Positions 1-12,519 of a stretch of 42,851 bases of DNA are shown piece after piece. The stretch's first letter is position 1. Every line of letters starts with the position of its first letter. The translations under genes were made by a program, and so were the position numbers. The DNA is from Guillardia theta CCMP2712 (Eukaryota > Protista > Cryptophyta). Under the pieces are notes generated by a model. The model ran no database searches. It saw only the letters and a list, made by a program, of their open reading frames with translations, and had not been told where the DNA came from. The DNA lies in NCBI RefSeq assembly GCF_000315625.1, contig NW_005434499.1:58419-101269 (forward strand). The letters are read 5' to 3'.

Positions 1-367
1 CGGTACAGCAGCAAGAGTTCTTTCACGCAAGGTTTGGAGAAGTTTGTGAATGAGCATTTGTTGACGGACACGAAGATATTGAGTGAGTATGGCAGAGAAG
101 TCTGTAAGAAGCTGCGAGACTTTGGCTTCCCAGGGAAGGAAGAATCTGTTGCGAAAGAACTGGCAGACCTCATGTCCGCCCGTATCAAGTAAGATTTACA
201 AAGGGTATGTGGTTGGAGGGGATCCGCCGCTTGCAGAAGCGCTTGCGATCGTGATTTTAAAGCTACAAGAATGCAAGCTCGTGGAAGACCTGGATGTAAT
301 GCTGGTCGACGGGGAAGGGGAATGGAAGTGCGTGCTAATGGACGGAGTGATAATCAAATACAGTTAA
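1..367 (+). pseudogene. 3' end of an unidentified ORF, split by an apparent 4-bp frameshift
   Basis: Frame 1 is open 1-192 (RYSSKSSFTQGLEKF...DLMSARIK*). Frame 2 continues IYKGYVVGGDPP...IIKYS* to 367. Removing TAAG at 190-193 fuses the two frames. No family recognised. Confidence 0.35.
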
Positions 368-422
368 GAGTAGTATAGGATCTACATGTCGTCAGCATCG
401 TTGTGTGTGGCGGAGGAGGGGA

Positions 423-508
423 GGAGTGAAAAGGAGGAGGAGGAGGAGGAGGAGGAGGAGGAGGAGGATGAGAGAAAAGGAGGAGGAGGAGGAGGAGGAG
501 GAGGAGGA
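423..508. repeat. (GAG)n / (CTC)n microsatellite in the last chlD intron
   Basis: Near-perfect GAG run visible in sequence. Confidence 0.9.
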
Positions 509-514
509 TGGCAC

Positions 515-2489
515 CTTCAAGTCGTCAGCATTTACAGCTCTTGAGTTCAGCGCCGCGTTGGCCTTGGCAACTTCGCACGCGAACAATTCAGCGCGATGAC
601 CCTGAACTCCAGCACGGGAGGCCTCTCCGCAAAGATACGCGATCTGAAACAGCCGGTAAAATGCCAGCAAGAGCTCAGCTGGGCTGTACCTGCTTCGGAG
701 AGATCTTGGTCTCCTTGAGATCCTCGCGGGCAAAGATGATGCGCGTCCTCAGAGACTCCTCACTGTCCTCCATGTCCTGGCGAAGGACGATGAGAGGAGC
801 GAGCAGCAGGGAAGGAAGGAAAAGAGGGGGAGAAGACGGGGAGGAAGATGAGGAGAGTAGGGGATACGGGGAGGGCGGAGGGAGTTCGGAAGAGGAGGAA
901 ATGGCGGTGGCGGTGGTTGGGGGTGGCAAAGAGGGTTGGGGTTGAGGCGGTGAGGGAAGGAGGACCTGGATATCATCAGCAGTCATCGTCTTCTCAGCAA
1001 AGCCCAAGTAGCTGTTGACGGCCTCGACACGATCGTCAAGGCTGAGGGGGTTTGCGTCCGCGGAGAGAGAGACGGCAATGCGGTCGAGAAGGTGAGAGCG
1101 GAGCTGGAAGACAGAGATCAGAGCAGGCAACGAGCTCAAAGATATGTCAAGGGAGGGAAAGCAAGGCCGAGGAGGCAGAGAGATCGGGTGACAAGAGATA
1201 GAGGTTGTAGAGATTAAGGAAAAGAGGCTGACGAGAGAAGTGGAGGAACCATGAAATTGAAAGAAGTGAGGGGGCGGGGGCGGGAGCGGGAGCTGAAGAC
1301 GGAGGCCGATGAGGGAGGAGGGAGGAGGAGAGGAGTAAGGATGAGGGAGGGATAGGAGAGGGAGGAGGGAAGAGAGGAGGATCTCAGCACTATCGCACCT
1401 CCGACTCCTCGGGATTGAAGGTTGCGATGAGCAGCGGGCGGCAGGGGTAGCGAACGCTGATCCCCTCCCTCTCTACGTTCACCCAGCCCTCCGACACGAC
1501 AGACAGGAGGATGTTCGACAGCTCGTTGTCAAGAAGATTGATGTCGTCCACGTACAAGACGCCCCGATGGGCCTTGGCCAGCAGCCCGGGCTCAAAGACG
1601 GTCTTGCCCTGCCTCACTGACTGCTCCACGTCTACGGATCCGAGGAGACGGTCGTCAAGCACGTTGAGAGGAACCTGGACGAAGGGGCACTCGATGACTT
1701 CCGTCTCAAGGTCCTTGAAGTCCTTGCCCGATGCCGCGAGCTCGTTGGCCAGGAAGTCGTCGATCTCGCCCCTCTCATCATTGGGGTCGATGTTGAACTT
1801 GGACCCCTTGACGATCTCGATGGGAGGGAGGAGCCTGTGAAGCGCACGAGCCATGACAGACTTTCCTGTTCCCCTTCCTCCTGCAATGATCACTCCTCCC
1901 ATCTGAGGGTTCACAGCAGCGAGCAGGAGAGCTGTCTTGATTGGTTGTTGCCCGACGATGAGGGAGAGGGGCAGGTTGCTCTTTGACATGGCGGACTTCT
2001 GGTATCCCTTGGTCTCCATCTCCATCGCAGCAGCTGGTACGTACGTCCTGTCATGCTCTACAAGCAACTCGACCCTGACTCACCTGCTCTTGCCTCAGCA
2101 TCTGCGCTAGCCACCATGTTCATCCCTCCGATCTGTCGGGCTACGTCAGACGTCAACCAGCTTTGTGACAAAGGAGGGAGAGGAAGGAGAGATGGGAGAG
2201 ATGGGACATGAAGTAGAAGAGAAGATCCAGACAGCAGGATGTATGATTAGTCTCTTCCACGTCTGCAGTTCTTCTTTCTTTCTATCACCTGGATGCTGCG
2301 GCTTCCAGCCCCACACAGCTTGGAAGGCTTCTGTTGCATCCTTGTCACTGAGGCTCCGAGGAACTTAGAACGTGCGGAGAAAGAAGAGGATATGGATGTC
2401 GAGAAGGAGCAGGAGGAGGAAGGAGCCATAAAGGCTTCAGCCACCCCCATCGCCATCGCCACCGTCAGCGCCATCGCCGCCATTGCCAT
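515..2489 (-). CDS. chlD: Magnesium chelatase subunit D (N-terminal AAA+ half only), plastid-targeted
   Basis: Exons read by eye: 2489-2289, 2132-2084, 2033-1399, 1103-966, 776-690, 643-515. Motifs: [13 protein letters not shown], Walker [72 protein letters not shown]. Presequence [20 protein letters not shown] followed by a Ser-rich transit peptide. Confidence 0.88.
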
Positions 2490-3249
2490 GGCAGCAGGAG
2501 GCCGCTATGTCACAACTACACCCCTCCACCCCCTACCCCTCATTCGCTACTACCCTGCCGATTATCACCCCTCGGTACCCTGACCCCATGACAATAATCC
2601 ACTACCCTCCCATTGAAATGTTTTCACCCACCGATTCACACATGACCTACCCAGGCAATATTTCCAGATCGACTACCCCCTCTGTTCCTTCAACGAACCC
2701 TGCAACAGAGATTCTATGTCATCACCCACCCAGAGTAAAGCCAAAAACCACCCCCTTGAAGCCCGGTGGACCCTTGCTACACAAGATGGACCCCATCGGT
2801 ATAGGGCCCACCCATGTTTTGCACCACCTACCCCTCCCATAGAAATTGAGATAGAAGGACCCCTGATTCTGCGGTAGTACCCCCACCCCATGGCGATACA
2901 CCCCATTAGAGGTCATGCCCACCCTACTTTCACCAATTCATCCCTCATCCCCAGACTGACCATCCTTATAACCCCGGAGTCTTCGCTACCATACAAGAGG
3001 GGGTAGTCCTCGACCACCGGTACTCCTCACTAAACTCATCACATTTCCTTTAACCCCGTCCTTCCTCATTGTTTCTCCATTTCAATCCACCCGTACAACA
3101 CCACCCCTACCATCCAGATTGTTTATGCCATTACCACCCTACTACCCCTAGGTGCTGCCTCTGCTCGACTGGTGGGGCACAACAAGGTCACGTGGCCTCA
3201 TACAGTTCGAACAAAACAGACTCGAATCATCCCCCACATTCTCAACCGT

Positions 3250-3650
3250 TCCTCAGTCCGATTCAGGAGTCGGCCCCGCCAGGTCCCCCGCCGGCCCGGG
3301 CCGGGCCCGGGGGGAGCCCGGACACCGGGTCCGGGGGCCGCAATCCCGGCAGCCGGCGCCGCGGGCGGGCCGCGCGGCCGCGCACTGACCCAGTGAGGAC
3401 CGGCCCGGGGCAGTGCCGGGGCCCGGCGGTGGGCAGTGCCGGGCGGCCCGGGCACTGCGGCAGCTTCCGATCCGAGTCACTGCACTGAGTGCCACAGGCT
3501 CAGGGCACCGGGGTGGGGCCGGCGGCGGCCGGTGGGCCGGGCCCGCCTCCGTCACCCTCGCCGCTCAGCGGCTTGACAGTAGTGCCGGGGCCGGGCCCCG
3601 CCGTGAAGCCTGAGGGCCCTCTCCCGGCTGAGTGGCCCGGGTCAACGGTT
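3250..3650. other. Very GC-rich non-coding island rich in CCGG/GAGTC/ACTGAG motifs
   Basis: Visible composition; translations are only G/P/R/A low-complexity. Similar islands at ~10095-10530, ~34270-34700 and ~39590-40260. Confidence 0.6.
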
Positions 3651-3809
3651 GAACTTTCAAGTTTGATTCAGTCGGAACGGTTCACTGTCAGAAGTTGCCC
3701 GAGTCAATCAAAGCGTGGTTTTTTTTCAACGGCACGGTCAAATTTTGCCTAGTGAGGCCGAACTTGTACCCCAGACATTTCGAGCCGAGCGATGCGTAGA
3801 GCCTGTGGC

Positions 3810-4005
3810 CCTGAGGGAGGGAGGGAAAGACAGACAGACAGACAGACAGACAGAGACAGAGACAGAGACAGAGACAGAGAGAGAGACAGAGACCTGAGAG
3901 AAAAAGAGAGACAGAGAGACAGAGAGACAGAGACAGAGAGTAGACTAGGAGCCTCGACTAGCTGAGCCTCGACTAGGAGCCTCGACGGAGGCCTCGACCC
4001 TAGGA
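3810..4005 (+). repeat. (GACA)n/(GAGACA)n microsatellite followed by ~14-bp GAGCCTCGACTAG tandem units
   Basis: GACA and GAGACA runs at 3828-3940; four GAG(G)CCTCGAC units at ~3948-4000. Confidence 0.85.
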
Positions 4006-4394
4006 GAGCCCACAGTGGGAGTGCCTAAGTGCACTACCAGAGACGTATGAAAGTTGTGTGTTCTCATCAATGTCCTGAGCATGTTCTGATGCTGTTGTGT
4101 TTGACTTGTGCTGTACTCGCTCTTTTCTATTTGCTCCTTCACTAAGAGCAACATATCGTAGTATGTCGTATGAGACATCTTCTACTCTGTCTTCTAACCC
4201 AGCTCAATCGCACTCTCGTTCATCTCTTTTCCTTGTCCTCCACCACTCTCCAATCTCCTGCTCCTCCTCTCTCCTGTTGTTTCCCCTTGAATTTTGAACT
4301 TCCTTCCTGCTGCTCTTTGCCGTCTCGTTTCCTCCCTTTCTGCGTTGTTGTCCCTCCATCCTCTCCCTCGCCCCCTTCTCACTTGGTTAGCAGC

Positions 4395-4944
4395 ATGGGC
4401 GTATCTTTGTCGCTTGCCGACGTTGTCTGTGCACGAGACTGCGGAATGGAGGACGTGGGGAGGAGGGCGAGTAGGATGTATGTGCTTGACGAGAGCGACC
4501 TGTCGGTCACAGGACTGCATGTCGCATGTCGCAAGGGGCAGTGCGAGATTGTTGCTGCCATGCTCAGCAACAAGGGGGTGAAGGTAAACGCGCAGGATGG
4601 CCATGGCTTCACTCCCCTTCATGTCGCTGCTGTCCATGGCGACGTCGCCATCTGCTCCCTCCTTCTCGAGCATGGCGCGTTAGCCAACGTGTGCACTGAT
4701 GATGGACTCGTCGCTTCTCATTTCGGTAATCTAATTTGCTCCTCCTCCTCCTCCTCCTCCTCCTCCTCCTCCTCCTCCTGTCCCTGCTCCTGCTCCTGCT
4801 TCTGCTCTTCGTCCTGTTTCTGCTTTCTCTTTCTTGCCTTTCTCCTCTCTCATGTTGCCCCAGCACGGCGTCTGCATCCTGGCGAGCCTTATCTGCTCCG
4901 CATACTGCTTGATGCTGAGATGAAAGGTAAGAGAAGAGGAGTAT

Positions 4945-4980
<36 letters not shown>

Positions 4981-5843
4981 GATGTGTCCGTGACATAGGT
5001 GGGCAGAGAACAAAAATTATGTGAAGGAAGCTGCTGAACGTGCGATGAAGGTACGTCAGAATCCCCCTTGTGTTACTCCCTCCTCCCTCCTCTTCCTGTC
5101 TTCACCCCTTCTCTCCTGCTCTGACCTTGCGCCTGCTTCTGCTCCCCCTCTGCTGACTCCTTCATGGCAGATGGAGGAGCGACTCCTTGCGGTGTTCAGT
5201 CCGGGCAGTCCGCGAGTCAAATCCTGGAAGGTCAAGGACGGCAGGAGCAATATGGCATGGGAGGATCGAGAGGAAGCTTTCATGCTGGAGGAGAGCGAAC
5301 TGGTGATGAGCAAAAGAGTGGGGAGGGGCAGGGGCAGGGAGAGAGTGGGGAGGAAGAAGGCGCGGGAGGAGTGATGTGGGTTTTTGGAGCAGGAAAGGAA
5401 CTTAGAGACTCTTTGGGCGGCACGTCGAGGAAGGGCAGGAGCAGAGCAGAATGTCTTCAGCAATCAAATCCCGACGGTCTACAGCATGGAGAGGATTAGA
5501 GGTTGCCCCTACTCGCCTCGGTGAGATGCTCGCTAAAACGATCCAAGGGCATGCTTTCTGCCCCTTCCCCTTCCCCGGCTCCTGCTCCTCCTACTGTGCG
5601 CTCTCGTCCTTTTCCCCCCGCCTGTCGTTCTCCCCTCCCCCCGTCTGCTTTTTCTCACTGTCCTCCAGCGTTCGGATGGATCTAGCAGCATGCAGTTTCG
5701 ACGCACCTTCTCGCTCTCCGGTGTCTCACTCTCTCCTCCTCTTCTCGCTCTCTCCTCTCTTCTGCTCACTCCTGTCCTCCACCCTCTCCTCTCACTTTTT
5801 TGCAGAAGAAGTCCATGAGGATGGCAGCCAGGGTGCTCGATGA
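4395..5843 (+). CDS. Ankyrin-repeat protein (multi-exon)
   Basis: TGLHVACRKGQCEIVAAML and VNAQDGHGFTPLHVAAVHGDVAICSLLLEHGA are canonical ankyrin repeats. Downstream exons are joined by CT- or GA-rich GT-AG introns. The 3' end is approximate. Confidence 0.75.
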
Positions 5844-6199
5844 GCCCAAGTTGTCCACCTCCACCATCCCACAGCTTTCCTGCCCTCCACCGGGCACGGA
5901 GGGAGAGGAAGGAGGGTGAAGGAGCGAGGAAGGTGGGAGGAGGACAGGAGTTATGGGAGTGGAAAAGGTAGAGAATGGGGTGAGATATAGGAGGCAGACG
6001 GAGGGAGGAGTAAGCGGGAGGGGGCGAGCTCACGTGGAATCATATTCTTGAATCAATGTGATTGATGAGGATCCTTTTAATGTACCATAAATAACAACAG
6101 CATGAGACTCTAAGCCCCCCCCTCCCCACCCCCCACCCCGCTTCCTCCTCCTCCTCGTGAACTCCTCTCCCACATGATCCAAGTGAAGCAGCTGTCACT

Positions 6200-7888
6200 T
6201 TGACTCATTCAGATCGCAAAGCCTTAGAGGTCACATCCTCTCCTGCCGAGTCGTCTTCTCCTTCCCATCGTGGGCGTCGCGAGCCTACTTGGTGGAATCG
6301 AAACCCAACCGAGTCAGAGGAGCACGTTTGATCTCCAGCCTGCGGTGAAGTGAGGAGAAACCTTTCCCTCCTCTTGGCAGACCTGAGCAGAAGAAGTGTT
6401 CGGGTAGTGAGATGCGTTTCCCTCGTTCACAAACTGTGATCCTTGCGTCATGCTCCTCAATCTCCCCGTCCTACACCACCTCCTCCTGCTCCTCTTGCTC
6501 CTCCTCGACCACCACCTCTCAACACCCGTTCGACTCACCGTCATGCTGCCATCGTCGTAGCGATGTCCCCCGTCCTCGTTGAGAGTCACCTGCTCCATCA
6601 CGGTCAAGGCATTGCGGCTTCTCGTCCTGCCCTTCACCTCGCGCACTTCGCCTGCTGCATCTGGCGCTTGCTAAGCAAACAGTCAGATTGAAGTGGCACA
6701 GCCAGTCAGCAGGTACCTGATGCATCTGGAACGAAGTTCGGTCGAAGTCCATCATCTCAACCTGAACACGATTGAGCTTGACCCCTCCCTGTCCTCCTCC
6801 TCGCACCTGGTTACAAGGCACATGAGGGTCTGCCCCGGCGTTGATCTGACATCAACAAGTCAGACTTCGCCAACACTGCACGCTTAAACATTCAGACCTG
6901 CATGTTCAATTCTGTGACTGGAGTGACCGGAAAGATAACATTGTTTGTTTGCATGTTCTTAATCTGTCTCAGCCTGTTGAAAGCCCGAATGTCAATGGAT
7001 CAAATCATTGTCCGTGAAACGAAACTAACCTTTCAAGTTCTTCATCGACATCGTACACTTTGCGTCCTACGACAAGAAGTCACACAAAAGAACTTGAAGG
7101 GTTACACTATAAACCTTTGCTGCTGGACACGCTTAACAAAGGGGACTCCCCACGAAGACTTTGAAAATTATACAAATCCGGGGAAAAAGGGATTCCAACC
7201 AAAGGAGACACAGAGGATGCAGAAGCCGATGCTTCCTTTACACGAGACTGGAAGAAATGTCAACAAAAGCACAAACCCTGGTCTCGACACTACCAAGGCA
7301 TTTGATGGAGTGTTGTCCTGTTCTAGTCCTGCTGTAGCCGGGCTGGTTGTTTCTGGCTCAACATCTTGCGATGCACGGCTGTAGGAGTCTGACTCCGGAC
7401 GCTCCGAGCCCTCAACGTCTCCAACAGCGGGACGTGACATCGATTCAGCTGAGTCATCAGCTGGGTTCATCACCTCAACCTGCACGACAAAGCTCAGGCA
7501 GGAACTCAAGCTCACAATATCAAATCACCACTGTCCATTGCACGTCATCCCACTTCGGATGAGGCTGCCGGTTACCCCTCCCCCATGTCCTTTGAACGGA
7601 ATCTGCAACCGTGCAGGGCACCAGCACAGCACCATCGCTGAACCATTCCCCGACAGTCACCTTCTTGAAGTGACGCTGCAACGCATTGCGTAAACCAGAC
7701 GTGTACTGGCAAGCATCCTTCCAAGCCTCCATTCTGAGCTTGAATCCTCCTCCTGGAGTAACACGAAACGCCTCTACGAGTCCTGTGTACCCCTGGATGG
7801 TTGCTTGAACTTTCTCCACCCCTTGATTGTACATTGCCAAGCTCTCAGCAATGTCTCTAGGTGTTATCTTCCCAGCATTGCGAGGCAT
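6200..7888 (-). CDS. Hypothetical multi-exon protein
   Basis: Non-repetitive ORF MPRNAGKITPRDIAESLAMYNQ...PKWDDVQW, plus further exon-like segments (VEVMNPADDS..., VEMMDFDRTSFQMHQ, EQVTLNEDGGHRYDDG). No family recognised; 3' end uncertain. Confidence 0.5.
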
Positions 7889-10800
7889 CTTCGGCCTTGA
7901 AACTGAGAGACACGGCAGGCTTCTTACGCCTTCCAAGCTTATTTCGTGCTTTTTATGTGCAAGTTAGCTTGTTCGGATTATATCGGAGTAACGAGATTGG
8001 AAACGTCTGTCACAAAAGAAAGTGAGTTACCACTGTCAAAATTCTCGAAACTGCACTGAACCAGAAGCATACTCTTGCTGAGGAAGACAACATATCGAAC
8101 AGGAGAACAAATGAGCATGAAGCAACAGGTATGCCTCAACAATAAATGGAGAGGAGAACTCTAAAGATGAAATGTATCAACTCATAGCAATAGCCATAGA
8201 AGGAGGGGGCGGGGGGGGGGGGGGGGGAAATATGTCATCTATTCCCCATCGGTTCCAAACATTGTCTTCATGCAAGCCATCTCATATCCATCAGATACAA
8301 GAACATCTGATTCATGTACAGACATGCAAAATGACATATTCCAGCATTCCAAGAACGATGCGAAAAAGATGAAATAGTGTAAGTCCACATGGGCAGGGCA
8401 AACAGCTAACATGTTAGCTACGGAGGTGTGTGGAGAAGAAGATGATAGCCTGGTGCGTGGGTCCAGAAGAGTCAACAGAACAAAACGCATCTTCCCACAT
8501 TGGACGACCGATCACAAAAGGACAAGCAGAAAAATTGCAAAAGCCACAAAAAGAAACAGAAGGAGAAACAAAGAAATCAAGAATGAGGTTGAAAAAAATG
8601 AAAAGGTGGAGAGTCGGTAGTAGAGGTAGCGCAATGGTTAGTTTACGATCTGCTTTCATCCCATTCAGCATGTACTTTCTCCTTCTCGTTCTTCTGCCTC
8701 CTCCCCTGCCGCCATTTCCATCCACCACTGCGCGTGCATGAACCCGACCAACCCGGCCGGCCGGAAACAGTAATAAGTTCATTAGAAATATTTTTCTGTA
8801 AAACTTTTGACCCTTATTTCTGCTTTTAATAATGTTTTAACGAGTTGTCTTTAGGTTATGTTGAGTGTATGGTACATGAATAATAAATAATATATCTCAT
8901 TGAAAAATCGATATACTACCAATTTTACAATTGAAATATTTTTATTAAAAATCTTAAATATATTTTTGTATAGATACTGGTACTGTTTGTTTAAAACTTT
9001 AGTTGGTGAGTAATACGGCCAGATCCCTCCCCATACCCACCGTCGTGTTAAATACCCACCCATCTGTCAGTCGGCCCATATACTATGTTACAGGGTAATG
9101 ACCACCACCGGTCCCTATATTGCACGCATTTCAATCACCCACCCAGAGCAACTGCATTCTGTCTCTTTTTCGTGCATTTCTAAAAGTCTTCAAATACTTT
9201 ATAAAGCCGACCCCCTTTGATTCAAAAATCAAGTAGTTATATAATTGTACTGGCTACATCAATCCCCTGCACCCTGGTGGTTTTAAGAATAATAAGTTTT
9301 ATGCTTTTAAAACCATCTAGAACCCACGACGTGCTGGTCTTATCCGTACCCCCTGAGTTTTGACTCTCATTCTGTTTCACCCCTACCTCATCAAAACTGT
9401 ACCCTACCCCCTGCCTTCTCTCCTAAAGTACCCACCAATTGATATGATGAAAGTACCCTTTCCTCAAAGCGCATCACCCCCTCCACCAGTAACCCGCACC
9501 CTCTTCGCCATGGCCTGGATACAGTCTCACTACCCCACCACATTTAGTTATCCCTCTCATTTTAATGGGGACTCCTCAAGGGGTGGGGTGGTAAAATAAT
9601 AGAGATACCCTACCCCTGTGCTCAGAGGTTCTGAGGAACTTTCAAGAACCCACCGTCACCGTTTCCCTCCTCAGCAGAGCGGAGGAACACCACCGGTCAT
9701 ATGACTTCCCTCTCGTACATTTCACCCCTACCCCTAGCGTTGTTATGAATCCTTGACCCCGCCGCCCCGCCGCTTCAAGTTCCACGACTGTCGGGCCTCT
9801 GAGTCTGCCACGGTACGCCGAGATTGTGACACTGAAAAGACAGCCCGCCGGGCCAACTTTCAACAAGCATCAAAACGGGGCCTTCTAAACTTTCTGTACT
9901 CAAAGTTAAGGGAAAAATCAGTACGAGGACAATCGGGATAGTCGAGGAGGCTTGACTCGACCCTGACCGTGACTGTCGCACAGGCCAAACGGCGAGAAGA
10001 GAAAAGACAGCGAGAACCAAACCCAACTTCCCGGAGTCCTGCCAACTGCTGTCCCCCAAACTTAACTGATACCTTCCTTCTAAACCTTTGAGGCTAACTA
10101 GTACTGCGGTACTGCGCCGGCCAAGCCGCCGAGCCGCAGAGCGCCGCGGCGCGGCGGCCGCGCCGGGCCCCGGGGTCTGATCCGATCCGCAGGGAACTCG
10201 AGTCGGACTGACGGTGCGCGGCCATGAATGATGGTGCGGCCACCCGCTCGGAGTCACCGGCCACCGCGACGCCGCGCTCGGACTGCGCGGCCGCCGCCGG
10301 GCGCGGCACCCGGTGACCCGGTCACGCGGCGTCTCACTCCGACGGCGCAGGCTGCTGACTCAGTGAGCGGCCGCGCGCGGCGCCGGGCCTCGCCGGGGCC
10401 GGACGGCCGGGCTCCGGGGAGTCCGGACCGTACTCCGAGGCTCGGCCGCCGCGGGCAGGGCCCGGGGCCCTCGGATCGGCCTGAGCCTGGGCCTGAGCTG
10501 CCATGGGCCGGGCCTGGCCGCCGCGATTCAAACCATAGCGTTGTCGGGTCAAGGAACTTGCTGACAATTGGGATTTGTACCACTAATCATGTCAGTAACC
10601 GTTACCGGCGGCAATTTGCTCAGGGGCTGTTTCAAGCTTCGTCTATGAAATCGCACTATGATACATGACAATTTGCAGTCTCATAACCATCCCGAGCAAT
10701 CGTTGAGAATAATCTTGCAGTTGCTGAAAAGCTCATATGAGTGTTGGAATCCAGGAAAATGCGACCAAAGACGCAGTGGCAAGGAAAGAAGCGACAAGAC

Positions 10801-10979
10801 ACACCAAAGAAAAATCCGGGACACGAGGGAAAGAGAAGCTTGTCAAAAGGGAGGGAAAGAGGGGGAGTGAGGCAACAGTGAAGGAAGGGGCGGAGAAAGA
10901 AGGATGAAGGGGGTGAGGAGAATGGATGGCCATGAGAGAAGTGAAACCTGGGAGGGTTGAGAAAGTCAGAAACTTTTCC

Positions 10980-11500
10980 GTCACAAACTTGAAGATGCCG
11001 AGGACAATGAATCGCTGCGAAGAAGATAAAAACCTGCCAGTTGACGAGTCAGGTGATTGACGACCACACTTGTCATTATTGAATAGGGATCGAAGAGGAG
11101 GAAGAGGAGGATGGCGATGAGAGAAATGGCGATGAGAGAAATGGTGAGGAGGATGGCGATGAGAGAAATGGTGAAAAGGATCTTCCGCTTCTCACTGCAT
11201 TGATGATGATGATAGCCAACCCAAGTACAGCGGTAAACCAGAACCGAACATGAACATTTGAGAACCTGTAGATCTGCAGGCGATTCAGGTTGCTCAATCT
11301 CTACTCTTTCTGCCAACCTGCACAACACAGTACGCGGCGAAAAAGATCCCTGACACCATGGTCGGTATGCGCATGATCAATACCTTGAAAGGTCGTGAGG
11401 AGGACGGGACCAGCAGGATGAGCCGGAGAAAGGGCGAGAAGCAAGTAAGTCACCGGATCAATGCCCTGGCTGTTGGACGAGGAGACGCTTGACATTGTGG
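10980..11500 (-). CDS. Possible small membrane-protein exons
   Basis: Exon-like pieces such as FSNVHVRFWFTAVLGLAIIIINA lie between GT/AG sites, but I could not reconcile the splice phases. Confidence 0.25.
11094..11180. repeat. 15/27-bp minisatellite (GATGGCGATGAGAGAAATGG units)
   Basis: Three copies of atggcgatgagagaa visible. Confidence 0.75.
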
Positions 11501-12519
11501 GGGGAGAAAGAAAAGGGAAGCGGGGGAGAAAAGATATTGAGTAAGGGAGAGGGGATGAGAAGAATAGAAGCCTCGGGTCTTCCAATGTTGTTTCAAACAA
11601 GGCTTTGATTTCAAACAAAGAAGCTGAAAATTCACATGTAAGTATAGCCTTCTTGACATAATGCTAATATGGTTCAGCATAAATTCTTTTTACCTACCGC
11701 ATCACCTCCTAGTTGGTCATATCATTCATATCACAATGTTCTGCAGCTCTCTCATGGTTTCTTGGTTACTCTATCGTCTCTTCCTACCTCTCTTCCCTCC
11801 TCTCCCCACTCCGCCTCGCCCTCAGACATCTCTCTGTTCCTGAAGCAAACCCACCAGTGCCTTCGAAACGTACGCCAGCGCCTGCTCCCCTCTCCTCTAA
11901 TCTGACTTCTCTGCTCATTCTCTCCTCTCCTGTCCTCTCCTCTCCCCTCCCATGGCTGGTCCCGTTGGTTTTCCAAAATCAACCAGCTTTATTATGAAAG
12001 CTTTGGTTCTTTTCTTTTTACTGGCCCTCACAGGCCGACGAACCTGAAACTGAAAATAGCCCGCTTCCCTCGAAGTCATTTTGAGCTGCTGGTAGGATCT
12101 TTCAAATGTTTTTTTGAGGTTCAGGGAGTGGGGGTGGGGGTGGGGGGGGTGATCAGTACCGTGCCAGTAGCCTAATGTGGTAGGGGTGGGCGGCTCAGTC
12201 TCAGGAGGCCCGCATGGATCGGATATGATCGCAGTGGAATCGATGGCATCCCTGACTCCTCAAATCTACTTCCACCCTTCCTCTTCCTGCCTCCTGCTCT
12301 CCCTCTCCTTTTTTTCCTTCCTTTTGACCTCACTCTCCCACACCCTACTTCATATGCCCCTCCAGGCTCTCATTGCCCGCAATTACTGATATATCACATC
12401 TTCTAACATTGTTTGATCATTGGTTTATTCTCATCCTTTCCCCCTTCTGCTTCTCTTTCCCTTCTCTTCCCTATTTGCCCTCTTCTTGAACTTGCCATCA
12501 TGATACCACTGACGCTCAG

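Noticed and set aside
1390-2067. chlI call
   Set aside because: Motifs such as [20 protein letters not shown] and GVQGHRAE fit ChlD better, and chlI is plastid-encoded in cryptophytes.
3069-3752. Overlapping G/P/R/A-rich ORFs in GC islands (also 9775-10668 and 39808-40246)
   Set aside because: Open frames are expected from extreme GC content; no domain or codon pattern.
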